From: Gemmatimonadaceae bacterium
Lineage (GTDB): Bacteria; Gemmatimonadota; Gemmatimonadetes; Gemmatimonadales; Gemmatimonadaceae
NCBI GenBank assembly: GCA_044224875.1
Contig: JBGAJQ010000015.1
Location: 21,562 to 85,561, forward strand
Direction of reading: 5' to 3'
DNA length: 64,000 nucleotides
The notes below the pieces were generated by a model. The model was not told the DNA's origin. It worked only from the letters and a program-made list of their open reading frames with translations, and did no database searches. Positions 9,796 to 19,970 of the stretch are shown in pieces; positions within the stretch are counted from its first letter, which is position 1, and the number at the start of each line of letters is the position of its first letter. The position numbers were made by a program, and so were the translations under genes.

Positions 9796-12420
9796 GTGTT
9801 CGCGATGGGGTCGCATTCGTTTCCCTCTTGGGCAAGGCGTACTACGAAGCTCGTAGGGACCGCCCTTACGATCGGCGCATGGCTCGGCGGGTTCAATTCA
9901 GCCATGGCGCAGACGTCGGTCTCGGATTCGGCGCAGACGGTTGTCCGGACACCCGGGGCGAGGTACGGCGCGGGGTGGCTGCGACGCGCCATCCTGGGTG
10001 AGGACTACCGCGCCTTGTGGACGTCGCCCATTGAAGTAGAGGTGCTCAACCTTCGCTCCGTCGCGGGCGGCCTGCGACCCACGCAGCGCGGCGGCAGCAT
10101 GCAGACGAACTCGTTGCGGTTTGCTGGAGCTGACGGCCGCGAGTACGTCTTCCGGCCGCTCGAAAAGGACTTCTCCAAGGGCTTGCCTCCCGAATTGCGG
10201 GAGACACTCGTGCGGGACATCGCCCAGGATCAAGTAGTGGGATATCACCCCGGCGCTCCGTTGGTGGTGTCGAGCCTGTTGGATGCCACCGGGCTGCATC
10301 ATCCGCAGCCACGGCTGGTAGTGATGCCCGATGACTCTCTACTCTTGGAGTTCCGTGCGGAGTTCCGCGGCGTCCTCGGCACGTTTGAAGAACGACCAGG
10401 CCGCGACTTCGATGACACCCCCGAGACACTCGGCGCGATCGATGTCATCAGCTCGGAGCGACTGTTTGAACGCATGAGGAAGAGTTCCTCGAATGTGCCC
10501 GATACGCGCGCCTATCTCGCCGCGCGACTGCTCGACATCCTCGTTGGCGATCGCGATCGCCATCGCGATCAATGGCGGTGGGGCCGCTTCTCGTCTCGCG
10601 ACGGTGCGTTATGGGAGCCGATCCCGCGCGACCGGGACATGCCCTTTGCCAAGTTCGAAGGACTTGGCCCATGGGTGATCCGCGGCATCGTGCCGCAACT
10701 GGTGACGTTTGGGAGCACGTACCCGGACATGGTATGGCTGAACTGGAATGCAAGGGAGATCGACCGGCGGCTCCTGAGTAGTCTCGAGTGGAGTGCCTGG
10801 GACTCCGCGGTCACACGTCTACAGTCGCAGCTGACGGATTCGGTCATCGACGCGGCGCTCGCGCGCATGCCGCGCCCCTTCGTTGAACGGAACGCCCCTG
10901 AACTTCGGTCCGCCCTCATTGCACGGCGGTCGCACCTGCGCGATGCGGCCGCGTCGTACTACGCAATCCTCGCGCGTGAGCCCGATCTTGCCGGAACCGA
11001 CGGCCCCGATTCGGTGACGGTGGAGCGACGGACGGATGGAACGCTTGACGTTGCCCTGTATGCTGTCGCTCGCGAGGGGCGCCGGGGAGCAGATGCGCCT
11101 TATCTCGCGAGGACGTTCCATCCGAGGGAGACCAAGGAGGTTCGCTTGTTCCTCCACGGCGGCGATGATCGAGTGGTCATTCGCGGGGCATCGGCTCGCG
11201 GCGGTATTCGCGTCCGTTCGCTTACGGGCGACGGTGACGACCGGGTAGTCGACGCGCTGGCCGGCGGCGATCGCGCAATCGCACTCTACGACTCTTCCGG
11301 CACGGACAGCATTTCGAGCGAAGGGAAGCACACGATTGACCGGACGCCATATCGTCCGCCTCCGGTGCCACGTCCAGAGAACGCCATCCGAGATTGGGGA
11401 AGCTGGAACTACACCATGCGGGGGGTCAGCTTCGCGCCGAGCCTCGGCGTAGTCGGCTCGCTCATCCACGTGCGGAACGCCTACGGCTTTCGGAAGAACC
11501 CTTTCGCATCGCGTTCGACGTACCGCCTGGACTTCTCGCTCGGCGAACGACGGCCGCGCTTGACGTACGACGGCACCTTCAATTCAATGAACTCGCCGCG
11601 CTCCGTCGGGCTCGAAGTGATGGCGTCTGGAATCGAGGTCATTCGCTTCCACGGGCTCGGCAACGAGACGCCCGCCGAGGACCCGACTTCCTACTATCGC
11701 GTGTTCCAGAACCTATTCCGGATAGCACCGGAATGGCGTGCTCCGCTGTCGCCTGCCGTCTCCATCTCGTTAGGTGCGGTAGGCCAGTACACGACGACAC
11801 GCGACGACGCCCGGACATTGGTGGCCGAAACGGCTCCATATGGTAGCGGCACATTCGGGCAGGTTGGCGGACGCGTCGGCGTGTCGATCGACCGGCGCGA
11901 CTCTCCCACTGCACCTACTCGCGGATTCCGATTGTCGCTGGACGCGGCGGCTTATCCGTCGCTGTGGAGCGTGGATAAGCCCTTTGCGAAGGGGAGTGCG
12001 GCGGCGTCGGCATACGTCAGCGCGGCGGGACCGGTTCGTCCAACGTTGGCCCTTCGCGCGGGCGCCGAGCACCTGTGGGGGACTTTTCCCTTTCAGGAGT
12101 CGGCGTTTCTCGGCGGAGCCGGAACACTGCGTGGGTGGGACGTTCAGCGTTTTGCTGGGCGCACCGCGCTCTACGGCAGTGCCGAGCTGCGGCTCTTTCT
12201 GCGAAAGGTTTCGATCGTTGTACCTGCCGATATGGGAGTGTTAGGATTCGCCGATGTCGGACGCGTGCGCGCGGATAACGAGCAGTCCAATACGTGGCAC
12301 CAGGGATTCGGGGGCGGCGTGTGGCTCGCTCCCCTCATGCGGAACTACACCGTGAGTGCGTCGATTGCGCGCGGGCGCGAGCGAACGGGGTTCTATTTCG
12401 CCAGCGGCTTCACCTTCTAG
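9796..12420 (+). CDS. Omp85/BamA-TamA family outer membrane protein with N-terminal kinase-like domain
   Basis: C-terminal barrel with LRGW..RFAG loop motif and terminal Phe; N-terminal GGSMQT...GDRDRH.DQW...PRDRD. Confidence 0.8.
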   Translation: MFAMGSHSFPSWARRTTKLVGTALTIGAWLGGFNSAMAQTSVSDSAQTVVRTPGARYGAGWLRRAILGEDYRALWTSPIEVEVLNLRSVAGGLRPTQRGGSMQTNSLRFAGADGREYVFRPLEKDFSKGLPPELRETLVRDIAQDQVVGYHPGAPLVVSSLLDATGLHHPQPRLVVMPDDSLLLEFRAEFRGVLGTFEERPGRDFDDTPETLGAIDVISSERLFERMRKSSSNVPDTRAYLAARLLDILVGDRDRHRDQWRWGRFSSRDGALWEPIPRDRDMPFAKFEGLGPWVIRGIVPQLVTFGSTYPDMVWLNWNAREIDRRLLSSLEWSAWDSAVTRLQSQLTDSVIDAALARMPRPFVERNAPELRSALIARRSHLRDAAASYYAILAREPDLAGTDGPDSVTVERRTDGTLDVALYAVAREGRRGADAPYLARTFHPRETKEVRLFLHGGDDRVVIRGASARGGIRVRSLTGDGDDRVVDALAGGDRAIALYDSSGTDSISSEGKHTIDRTPYRPPPVPRPENAIRDWGSWNYTMRGVSFAPSLGVVGSLIHVRNAYGFRKNPFASRSTYRLDFSLGERRPRLTYDGTFNSMNSPRSVGLEVMASGIEVIRFHGLGNETPAEDPTSYYRVFQNLFRIAPEWRAPLSPAVSISLGAVGQYTTTRDDARTLVAETAPYGSGTFGQVGGRVGVSIDRRDSPTAPTRGFRLSLDAAAYPSLWSVDKPFAKGSAAASAYVSAAGPVRPTLALRAGAEHLWGTFPFQESAFLGGAGTLRGWDVQRFAGRTALYGSAELRLFLRKVSIVVPADMGVLGFADVGRVRADNEQSNTWHQGFGGGVWLAPLMRNYTVSASIARGRERTGFYFASGFTF

Positions 12421-12619
12421 CGCGCTGCCGGCACCTGGGCGTGGGCGAAGCTCATGGCAGGCCGTTCATAGGAAGCTGCTCGGTATGCAGGAACCTCGCG
12501 CGCGACGCTGCCGAGCTACCATCTGGGCGCAGGGTGTTGACTCGATTGTTGGCTACTTTCGCACGGTGAATGGGCCGCGATATCAGTGCCAGGGGTGCAG
12601 GCTCGCGAAAGCGGCGAGC

Positions 12620-13213
12620 CTACATCTTCTCCGACAACATGATGTGCGCCTTGGGTGTGCCGGGGAACATCAGCCACGGTCCGGCCTTCTGCGGCTTGGT
12701 CGTGAGGCCCGTTGTTTGTTCCGTCGCGTAGGGGATGTATACGACGAACAAGGCATCGCCGCCGGTGACCACTCCAGTGGCCGGATTGAAGGCCTCGTCA
12801 GGTGCAAAGACTTGGTACAACGTCGCGGGCTGCGTCGGCATCTTGATCTTTCCTGACTTGGCCTCGGCGAACCTGACGGTATCCACCTGGTCTCCCTTCA
12901 CCCCCTGGGCGCGCAGTTCCCGGCCACGCGCCATGAACGGCTCCATGGACTCGTGATAGCACGCGGGATGAAATCCCTTGATCCGAGGGTCGTCGGCCAG
13001 GCAGATCATCCCGTTCGTTCCAGTTCGCAGCGAGACCAACTTCATCGAGGCGTCGTATCCAAGGACGGCTGCCGTCGCGCGCATGCTGGCGGGGAGTGGT
13101 GCCACGGCCCCGGCGATCTGCACATCCTTTGGGGGAGGCGCGGACTGAGCACGAGCCATTAAAGGCACCGCGACGATCGCTGGAATAAGCAGGGTTGGGA
13201 TGAGTCTGCGCAT
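12620..13213 (-). CDS. Secreted hypothetical protein
   Basis: Signal peptide MRRLIPTLLIPAIVAVPLMARAQ; C-terminal PWLMFPGTPKAHIM. Confidence 0.7.
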   Translation of the reverse strand: MRRLIPTLLIPAIVAVPLMARAQSAPPPKDVQIAGAVAPLPASMRATAAVLGYDASMKLVSLRTGTNGMICLADDPRIKGFHPACYHESMEPFMARGRELRAQGVKGDQVDTVRFAEAKSGKIKMPTQPATLYQVFAPDEAFNPATGVVTGGDALFVVYIPYATEQTTGLTTKPQKAGPWLMFPGTPKAHIMLSEKM

Positions 13214-13344
13214 AGCGGGAATCTCAGGGTGTTGGCCAGGGGCGAGCTGCACCATGATACGATGCGGGCACGAGCGGCGATACGGGTTGGAGCGGGAAGT
13301 GGCGCGAGGCTACGTTTCCGGGAAGCGCTCACCCGAGGCCGGAC

Positions 13345-14724
13345 GTGGAACTGCACGAGCTCGAGATCATGGAGGTGGCGGCTCTGCTTCGGAAGCGAGC
13401 CGTGTCGCCAACGGAGTTGCTCGCGCACATGCGGGCGCGCATCCAGCGCCTGAATCCGTTGTTGAACGCGTACCTGTCGCTTCGTCAGGACGCGGATCGC
13501 GACGCCGAGCGTGCCGAACGGGCCCTGCGATCGCGGCGACCCGTTCATTCGCTGTGCGGGGTGCCGATCTCCATCAAGGACCTCATCCTCTCGAGCGATC
13601 AACTCACCACCGCGGGCTCCCGCTGTTTTGGAGATGGCCTGCGCAGCGACCACGATGCACCGGTCATCCGCCGGCTGCGCCGCACAGGCGCGGTGATTGT
13701 CGGCCGAGTGAATCTCCACGAGATAGCGTTAGGCGTCACGTCGGTGAACGAGCACTTTGGGCCCGCGCGGAATCCTTGGAACACCGGCCACGTGGCGGGT
13801 GGCTCGAGCGGCGGGTCGGCGGTTGCGGTGGCCGGTGGGTTGTGTACGGCCTCTGTGGGAACCGATACCCGTGGGTCCATCCGGATCCCGGCGGCGTGCT
13901 GTGGAACGGTCGGACTCAAACCCACCAGGGCCTTGGTCTCGACAACAGACGTGGTCCCCCTCAGTCCAACGCTCGATACGGTCGGACCCATCACGCGATC
14001 GGTGACCGACGCGGCCGTCATGCTCGGTGGGATGGCTGGCACGGGAGAACAGATCGAAGGGTGGATGCGGTCGACACGCAAGCGCGCATCGGCGCTCCGC
14101 ATCGCTGTCTCCGAGTACCACGTGCGGGACCTCGATCGCGAGGTGCAACGTGCTATCGACGGCGCCCTGCGTGTGCTTCGCAAACTGACCGGCAAGATCC
14201 GCGAGGTCCGGATTCCTGGAATCGACGACGTACAAGCAGCGTCCGTCGTGATCACCGCGTCGGAGGCGTTCGCGTACCACCAATCGACCCTGGAGCGGGA
14301 CCCAGGCGCCTTCGGCCCCTTGGTATGCCAGCGACTCGAGGGGGGATCGGCATGGAAGGCTGTGGACTACCTCCACGCGATGCACACGCGACGGAGGTTC
14401 GAAGCGACCATGCGCGCGACGTTCGAGGATGTGGATGTGCTGGTGGGGGCAACGATCCCAGCACTCCCTCCACAGATCGGAGCGCACGCCGTGCAGATCA
14501 ATGGGCGAGACGCGCACACGGTGGATGCCTTCACGCGCGCCAACTCACCGCAGAACATGGCGGGCAATCCCGCGCTCTCGTTGCCCATCGGCTTTAGCGC
14601 CTCTGGCCTGCCACTAGCCTTGCAGCTGATCGCCGACCAAGGGAAGGAAGCCCACCTGTTCACCGTCGGAAGCGCCTTTCAACGCGAGACGGACTGGCAT
14701 CGTCGCCGGCCGCTGCTCGGCTAA
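13345..14724 (+). CDS. Amidase signature family protein (GatA-like)
   Basis: PISIKD, GGSSGGS, GTDTRGSIRIPAA. Confidence 0.9.
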   Translation: MELHELEIMEVAALLRKRAVSPTELLAHMRARIQRLNPLLNAYLSLRQDADRDAERAERALRSRRPVHSLCGVPISIKDLILSSDQLTTAGSRCFGDGLRSDHDAPVIRRLRRTGAVIVGRVNLHEIALGVTSVNEHFGPARNPWNTGHVAGGSSGGSAVAVAGGLCTASVGTDTRGSIRIPAACCGTVGLKPTRALVSTTDVVPLSPTLDTVGPITRSVTDAAVMLGGMAGTGEQIEGWMRSTRKRASALRIAVSEYHVRDLDREVQRAIDGALRVLRKLTGKIREVRIPGIDDVQAASVVITASEAFAYHQSTLERDPGAFGPLVCQRLEGGSAWKAVDYLHAMHTRRRFEATMRATFEDVDVLVGATIPALPPQIGAHAVQINGRDAHTVDAFTRANSPQNMAGNPALSLPIGFSASGLPLALQLIADQGKEAHLFTVGSAFQRETDWHRRRPLLG

Positions 14725-14865
14725 GCCCCTCCGTGGATCGTGAGGCGCAAATGCGGTGTCATGACTTGAAGCTGGGCTCGCATAGATTTCATTTCGCAGC
14801 AGCCGGTTGAATGCACGCTCCTTTCGTGAGGAGGTTGGGTTCGTGACGACTTCAAGCCGCTGACG

Positions 14866-15144
14866 ATGGCGACACCCCTTTCGGACATCGAGATCCACCG
14901 CCAGCTCGCCGGGCTCCAGGGCTGGGCGCGCCGTGGAAATGAGATCGTACGCACCTTCGAGTTTTCATCGTTCGGGCTGGCGATCGCGTTCGTGGATCGC
15001 ATCGCACCTATCGCCGACGCGCACAACCACCATCCTGATATCGATATTCGCTACAACAAGGTGGTCGTGCACCTCTCCACGCACGATGCGGGTGGCATAA
15101 CAGGGAACGACTTCCGGCTCGCGCAGGCCATCGACGCGGCCTGA
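14866..15144 (+). CDS. phhB: Pterin-4-alpha-carbinolamine dehydratase
   Basis: HNHHPDI and THDAGGIT.ND motifs; 92 aa. Confidence 0.9.
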   Translation: MATPLSDIEIHRQLAGLQGWARRGNEIVRTFEFSSFGLAIAFVDRIAPIADAHNHHPDIDIRYNKVVVHLSTHDAGGITGNDFRLAQAIDAA

Positions 15145-15160
15145 CTCACCGGAAAAGAAA

Positions 15161-15188
15161 GAGGGCGCCGACAACCATCGGCGCCCTC
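15161..15188. terminator. Hairpin between convergent genes, probable intrinsic terminator
   Basis: GAGGGCGCCGA-N6-TCGGCGCCCTC perfect 11-bp stem; A-rich 5' flank gives a U-tract on the minus strand. Confidence 0.75.
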
Positions 15189-15211
15189 CTGCATTTCCGT
15201 AGATCAGTTGC

Positions 15212-15889
15212 TTAGCGACGTCGTCCGCCTAACAGCGAAAGAATCGCCATGAACATGTTCAGTAGGTCCAGGTAGATCGTGACCGCAGCGCGCACATAGT
15301 CATTCGGTCCAAACACGTTGCGCAGGCGCCAGGTATCGAAGATCAGCAGGCCGCTGAACACGACAACGGCGGCACCGGCAATCCATAGGGAAGCCGTGTC
15401 ATTGCGGAAGAACAAATTGAGCAATGATGTGGCGATCAGCACCCACAGGCCGACGACGAAGAAGCTGCCCCAGGCGCTGAAGTCGCGCTTGCTGATCCAT
15501 GCAAAGGCCGTGAGCACCGCAAAGGCGCTCGCCGTCAGCAGGCCAGCTTGACCAACCACACCCGGCTGCGTCTGCCCCATCACATAGATCACGGGAGAGA
15601 TTGCCACGCCTTCGACGAACGTGAACAAAAAGACCAGGCCCAGATTGGCCGGGAAGGCATCTCGAAAACTCATCGCGGCAAAAAGCGGCGCGATGGTCAG
15701 CAGCATCGTGATGAAGGGATGCCGCGCTACGGCGGACATGATGGCCGGCTGGCTCATTCCGAACGCCGTGCCGGCGATCGTGACGAGCACGCTCGCAAAG
15801 ACCAACGTGTAGGTCCGGCGAACCAGGGTCGCTCGCTCGGATCCGGTGCGAACGACGGCACTGTCCATCGTGCGGTAAGACACACCCAT
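15212..15889 (-). CDS. Bax inhibitor-1/YccA family membrane protein
   Basis: About 7 TM helices; FDT and IYLDLLNMF C-terminal motifs. Confidence 0.9.
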   Translation of the reverse strand: MGVSYRTMDSAVVRTGSERATLVRRTYTLVFASVLVTIAGTAFGMSQPAIMSAVARHPFITMLLTIAPLFAAMSFRDAFPANLGLVFLFTFVEGVAISPVIYVMGQTQPGVVGQAGLLTASAFAVLTAFAWISKRDFSAWGSFFVVGLWVLIATSLLNLFFRNDTASLWIAGAAVVVFSGLLIFDTWRLRNVFGPNDYVRAAVTIYLDLLNMFMAILSLLGGRRR

Positions 15890-15973
15890 TGAATCAGACT
15901 CCGTAGTAACGGGTTGACTCAAATATACTGGGTTGTGGATGTGAAGAAGGGGCCCGAAGGCCCCCAGCCGCAC

Positions 15974-16765
15974 TCAAGACTTGTACAGGCGAACGCCTCC
16001 GTTCACCGTCCGGAACTCCAAGCGGCGACCGCCTTTACCTACCGTCGCCCGCACGTGCCTTGGGCTGATTTTCCCGGTCACCGTCAGCGGGAAGTCCGAC
16101 GTCACTCCGCCGTTGACGGTGCGCATGTCCAGGTCCGCGTCCAATCCTTCCGGCACGTACACCTCGATCGACCCGTTCACGGTTTCGAACTCCAGATCCT
16201 TCTCACCCAACGTGCCCATGTGGGCTTCGATGCTGCCGTTTACGGTGGACGCCGAAACCGGGCCGCCAGTCGAACGCGCGTAAATGGTGCCGTTGACTGT
16301 TCTCGCCTCCACGGCGGCTGTTGCGCCCTCGATGTGCAGTCCACCGTTGATGGTATTCAGGTCCAACCGCACGCCTTGGGCCACCTTCACCACGAATTCC
16401 ACGCTGATCTCGTTGCGGTCGTCACGCCAGCCACGTTCGCGCTCTCGGTGATAGCCGTTCTCGTCGCAACGCGTGGTCTCGTACCAGACGGCGCAGATCA
16501 GCATGTCGCCGTCTCCCACCTTGAGTGTTTCGAAGCGAACAATCGTCGGGTTGCCGCGCCGCCACTTCTTTTCTGCCGTGACGGTGGTCTTGTCGCCATC
16601 GCCGCGCTCCACGCGAATCGGACCGTTCAGGTTTCGAATGTAGAGCCAGTGCCCGCTCTCTATGCGCCCATCCCAGGAGAACGCGCGTTCCGTGCTGCGC
16701 TCCTGGCCGAGCGCCAGCTGCGAGGTCAGGGACAACAGGGCCAGGGCATATGTCAACTTCTGCAC
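15974..16765 (-). CDS. DUF4097 beta-strand repeat protein
   Basis: Repeated T(V/I)NG.I motifs; signal peptide. Confidence 0.85.
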   Translation of the reverse strand: MQKLTYALALLSLTSQLALGQERSTERAFSWDGRIESGHWLYIRNLNGPIRVERGDGDKTTVTAEKKWRRGNPTIVRFETLKVGDGDMLICAVWYETTRCDENGYHRERERGWRDDRNEISVEFVVKVAQGVRLDLNTINGGLHIEGATAAVEARTVNGTIYARSTGGPVSASTVNGSIEAHMGTLGEKDLEFETVNGSIEVYVPEGLDADLDMRTVNGGVTSDFPLTVTGKISPRHVRATVGKGGRRLEFRTVNGGVRLYKS

Positions 16766-16781
16766 GGGAAATCTCCTCTGC

Positions 16782-17831
16782 CTAACGGCTTGCGCCGTGT
16801 TGCGTAATCTTCACGTCGCCGCTGAAGGACTCGGCGACAATGCGTGCCTCGCCGTTTCCGACGGTGAACTCGAATCGCCGCGGGCGACGGTTGGTGCGTT
16901 CACCCGGCTGTAACGTCATGGGGAAGTCCGAATCGATCCCCCCACTGTATGTCTCGATGCTGAAGCGCGCGCTGATGGACTTCGGCAGGTCCAACGAAAC
17001 CTCACCGGAATGCGAGTGGAACTCGTATCGCCCATTCCCTTCCACGCTGCCGCTGAACGTGACCTCGCCGCTGACGGTCGAGGCATACACGTCCGTCGAC
17101 CGCACGTCGGTGAGCGTGATTTCCGAACTCGTGGTTTCCACGCGCACGCCACCGCGAATATCCTCCAGGTCCACATCGCCGCTGACGCTGTTGGCCTCCA
17201 CGTCGCCGTCCACCTCAGTGACCTGGATATCCCCAGACACATTTTCGACCGTGACACGTCCCTTGGCGTTCTTCACGATCACGTCGCCACTCGTACTGTT
17301 GGCTTCCACCGGACCGCGTGTGTCGTGCGCCGTCACGTCGCCCGAGGTGCTGCGCATGATGACGCGCGCTCCCTCCGGGATGGAGACGTCGATCCGCGTG
17401 TCGCCGGTGCGGCCGCGCACTGGCTCTGTTTCCACGGTGATGCGCGACGACGAGAGATTGGACCGGAACCGTCCGCGCTCGCTGTAGGCACGCACGCGCG
17501 CCTCGTTCCGGCTCCATCCGTTCACCACGATCTCCCCGGAGATGTTGGAGAGGTCTACCACGCCATCCTTCGAGAAGGCGAAGGTGGTGTCGATCTTCTC
17601 TTCCATGTAGCCCGAGCGATCGCGGCGATCGCTGAACTCCCAGTCGCTTTCCTTGATCGCCTGCTCCACGGCGCGACTGACACGTTCGGCCGTGCGCTCG
17701 GCGATGGCGCTCAGACGGTCCGCCATCCGCTCGATGCGGCGTTCAACGTCCTGCGCGTGTGCGGAAGGTGCCACGCATGCGGCGAACACCACCCCGGCGA
17801 TCCAGATCGTTCGTGTCTTCATGTCACTCAC
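16782..17831 (-). CDS. DUF4097 beta-strand repeat protein
   Basis: Repeated S(T/V)SGD(V/I) motifs; signal peptide. Confidence 0.85.
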   Translation of the reverse strand: MSDMKTRTIWIAGVVFAACVAPSAHAQDVERRIERMADRLSAIAERTAERVSRAVEQAIKESDWEFSDRRDRSGYMEEKIDTTFAFSKDGVVDLSNISGEIVVNGWSRNEARVRAYSERGRFRSNLSSSRITVETEPVRGRTGDTRIDVSIPEGARVIMRSTSGDVTAHDTRGPVEANSTSGDVIVKNAKGRVTVENVSGDIQVTEVDGDVEANSVSGDVDLEDIRGGVRVETTSSEITLTDVRSTDVYASTVSGEVTFSGSVEGNGRYEFHSHSGEVSLDLPKSISARFSIETYSGGIDSDFPMTLQPGERTNRRPRRFEFTVGNGEARIVAESFSGDVKITQHGASR

Positions 17832-17833
17832 CG

Positions 17834-18643
17834 TTAGGCACGGGATGGCAGTAACGCCACCGTGCGCAGCAACCCGAGCTTCTTCTCGAGGGCCTTGTTC
17901 AATTGTTCACTCAGGAACTTCGATGCCGGGTCGGTCGCCAGCGCGGAACGCGCCTCGGCGATCGCTCGATCGATCGTCGTCAGGGAATTCTCGATGACCG
18001 CAACCGTCGACGGATCGAGGTCCGACCGTCGCTGGTCAATGATCTGCCGAAGGTCGGCGATCTCCCGGTCGTACGTGACCTTCACCGGGACGCGGACGCG
18101 TGCGGCGGCGCTGTTGGCCACTGGCTGCGCGGTGCTCCCAACAACCACAGGAGCTCCCTCGGGAGCCTGCGTTCCGGCCGGTGTCACCTCACGGACCGAA
18201 TCAGTGTTAGGCGCGGTCGCGGCCACCTGACTGGAGTCCCGGCCGCCCGACTGAAGTCGCGACTTGGTGGCGAAGTACGTCACCGAGGAACTGATGGTGA
18301 TGAGTGCCGCGGCGGCGACGCCCCATCGCACCACGCGCGCCGGCGCCATGAAGTGACGTCGCGTGTCACGCGACGAACGAGCGGCGCCAAAGACCGGGGC
18401 AACGACGACCTCCTGATCCAGCCTGGCGGCGATTCCCGCCCAGAGGTCGCGAGTCGGCTCCAACACCGGCAGATTCAACGCATCGCGCTGGAGCTTCTCC
18501 AGGTCACGCATCAGGGCCGCGCAGCGCAGGCAGGACACGCGATGGGCGTTCATCGCCTCCTGCATTGGCGCGTCGAGCGTCCCCTCCAGCAACTCGGAGA
18601 GACGATCGTCAAACCCTGTGCACGTCATGCTGATCGGTGTCAT
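17834..18643 (-). CDS. Zinc-finger (zf-HC2) transmembrane anti-sigma factor
   Basis: C...HRVSCLRC motif; single TM; directly downstream of ECF sigma. Confidence 0.85.
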   Translation of the reverse strand: MTPISMTCTGFDDRLSELLEGTLDAPMQEAMNAHRVSCLRCAALMRDLEKLQRDALNLPVLEPTRDLWAGIAARLDQEVVVAPVFGAARSSRDTRRHFMAPARVVRWGVAAAALITISSSVTYFATKSRLQSGGRDSSQVAATAPNTDSVREVTPAGTQAPEGAPVVVGSTAQPVANSAAARVRVPVKVTYDREIADLRQIIDQRRSDLDPSTVAVIENSLTTIDRAIAEARSALATDPASKFLSEQLNKALEKKLGLLRTVALLPSRA

Positions 18644-19203
18644 CGGTTCAGTGCCTCGCGTAACAGCATCCTGGCGCGATGAAGCTGCGCCTTGCTCCCA
18701 CCTGACGTGATTTCCAACATCTCGGCAATCTCTTCGTGCTTGTATCCTTCCACGTCGTGCAGAACGAACACCCTTCGTGCGCCAGGCGGAAGACCGGCGA
18801 TGGCTCGTTCAAGGTCCAGCGAATCCCCAGGCGCAAGCGTCAGCGTTGCGTGCGGCAACTCGTCGATGGCGTCCCCATCGTCGCTGATCCGTTGGTTCGA
18901 ACGACCCTCCGACTTCCGCGCGTTCAACACCACGTTCACGGCCAGCCGATGCAGCCAGGTGCTGAATGCGCTCTCCCCACGAAACAGGTTGAGCTTCTGC
19001 CACGCCCGAACGAACACGTCCTGCGTCAGCTCTTCCGCTCGCGACCTGTCGCCCACCATGCGAGCACAGACGGCGTACACTCGGTTGACGTTGCCGCGGT
19101 ACAGGCGTTCGAATGCGGTACGATCCCCCGCCGCCGCCAAGGCGACGTCAGCCGCGATCTGCTCCGCTTCAAAGGCCTCGTCGTCGACTCTCGGCACCGT
19201 CAT
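18640..19203 (-). CDS. ECF RNA polymerase sigma factor
   Basis: AEELTQDVF, FSTWLHRLAVN, region 4 EEIAEML...SKAQLHRAR. Confidence 0.93.
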   Translation of the reverse strand: MTVPRVDDEAFEAEQIAADVALAAAGDRTAFERLYRGNVNRVYAVCARMVGDRSRAEELTQDVFVRAWQKLNLFRGESAFSTWLHRLAVNVVLNARKSEGRSNQRISDDGDAIDELPHATLTLAPGDSLDLERAIAGLPPGARRVFVLHDVEGYKHEEIAEMLEITSGGSKAQLHRARMLLREALNR

Positions 19204-19266
19204 CTAGACTGTCGATTTCTGCGCTCGCCAATGAGATAGCGCGTTCGACAGGAAGGTTTGAACGCT

Positions 19267-19938
19267 TCAGGCAGGGCCGCGCCGCCAAACTGCGTCGATG
19301 AGCTCGGGGATTTCCCGCGGCCGATGTGCAACATATGACGGAGTCGCGGCCAGAAGAGTGTCAGCGGGGAAGGCGCCCCAGGTGGCAGCGATGGTCGTAA
19401 CTCCCGCCGAGTTGCCCGCTTGGACGTCGAAAGGGGAGTCACCCACGAAGACCGCCCGCCCCGGATGGCCCCCGAGCCGCTCCAGGGCGAATTGGACCGG
19501 TTGCGGGTCCGGCTTGTGGCGTTCGGTGGCGTCACAGCCGACGAGGACCTCGAAGTGGTGCTCCAGGCGCACGTGGCTAAGCGAGCGTCGAGCGATCGCA
19601 TCCATCTTGGACGTGACAATGCCTAATCGGTGTCCCGCGGCCCGGAGGGCCAGCACCGCGTCCTCCACGCCGTCGTAAAGAGTCGTTAGGCGGTCGTGGT
19701 GCTCGAGTTGATAGGTGCGGTAATTGGCGATCAGCGTCGCCATTTCTTCTGGCGAGCGAACATACGGCCCGAACTGCGCAACGAGGGGACGCCCAATGCC
19801 GGCGATGAACTCCTCCTCGGTCGGCCTCGGGCCATCGTGGGAGTCGAAGGCGAAGTGGGCGGCCTGGATGATCAGGGCAATCGAGTCGATCAGCGTGCCG
19901 TCGAGGTCGAACAGGACCGTGAGCGCGGGTGCAGGCAT
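19267..19938 (-). CDS. HAD-IA hydrolase (PpaX/phosphoglycolate phosphatase-like)
   Basis: FDLDGTL, VTSK, KPDP, GDSPFD motifs. Confidence 0.9.
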   Translation of the reverse strand: MPAPALTVLFDLDGTLIDSIALIIQAAHFAFDSHDGPRPTEEEFIAGIGRPLVAQFGPYVRSPEEMATLIANYRTYQLEHHDRLTTLYDGVEDAVLALRAAGHRLGIVTSKMDAIARRSLSHVRLEHHFEVLVGCDATERHKPDPQPVQFALERLGGHPGRAVFVGDSPFDVQAGNSAGVTTIAATWGAFPADTLLAATPSYVAHRPREIPELIDAVWRRGPA

Positions 19939-19970
19939 GCGGTGAAGCTAGCAGCCGACGACACGGTTCG

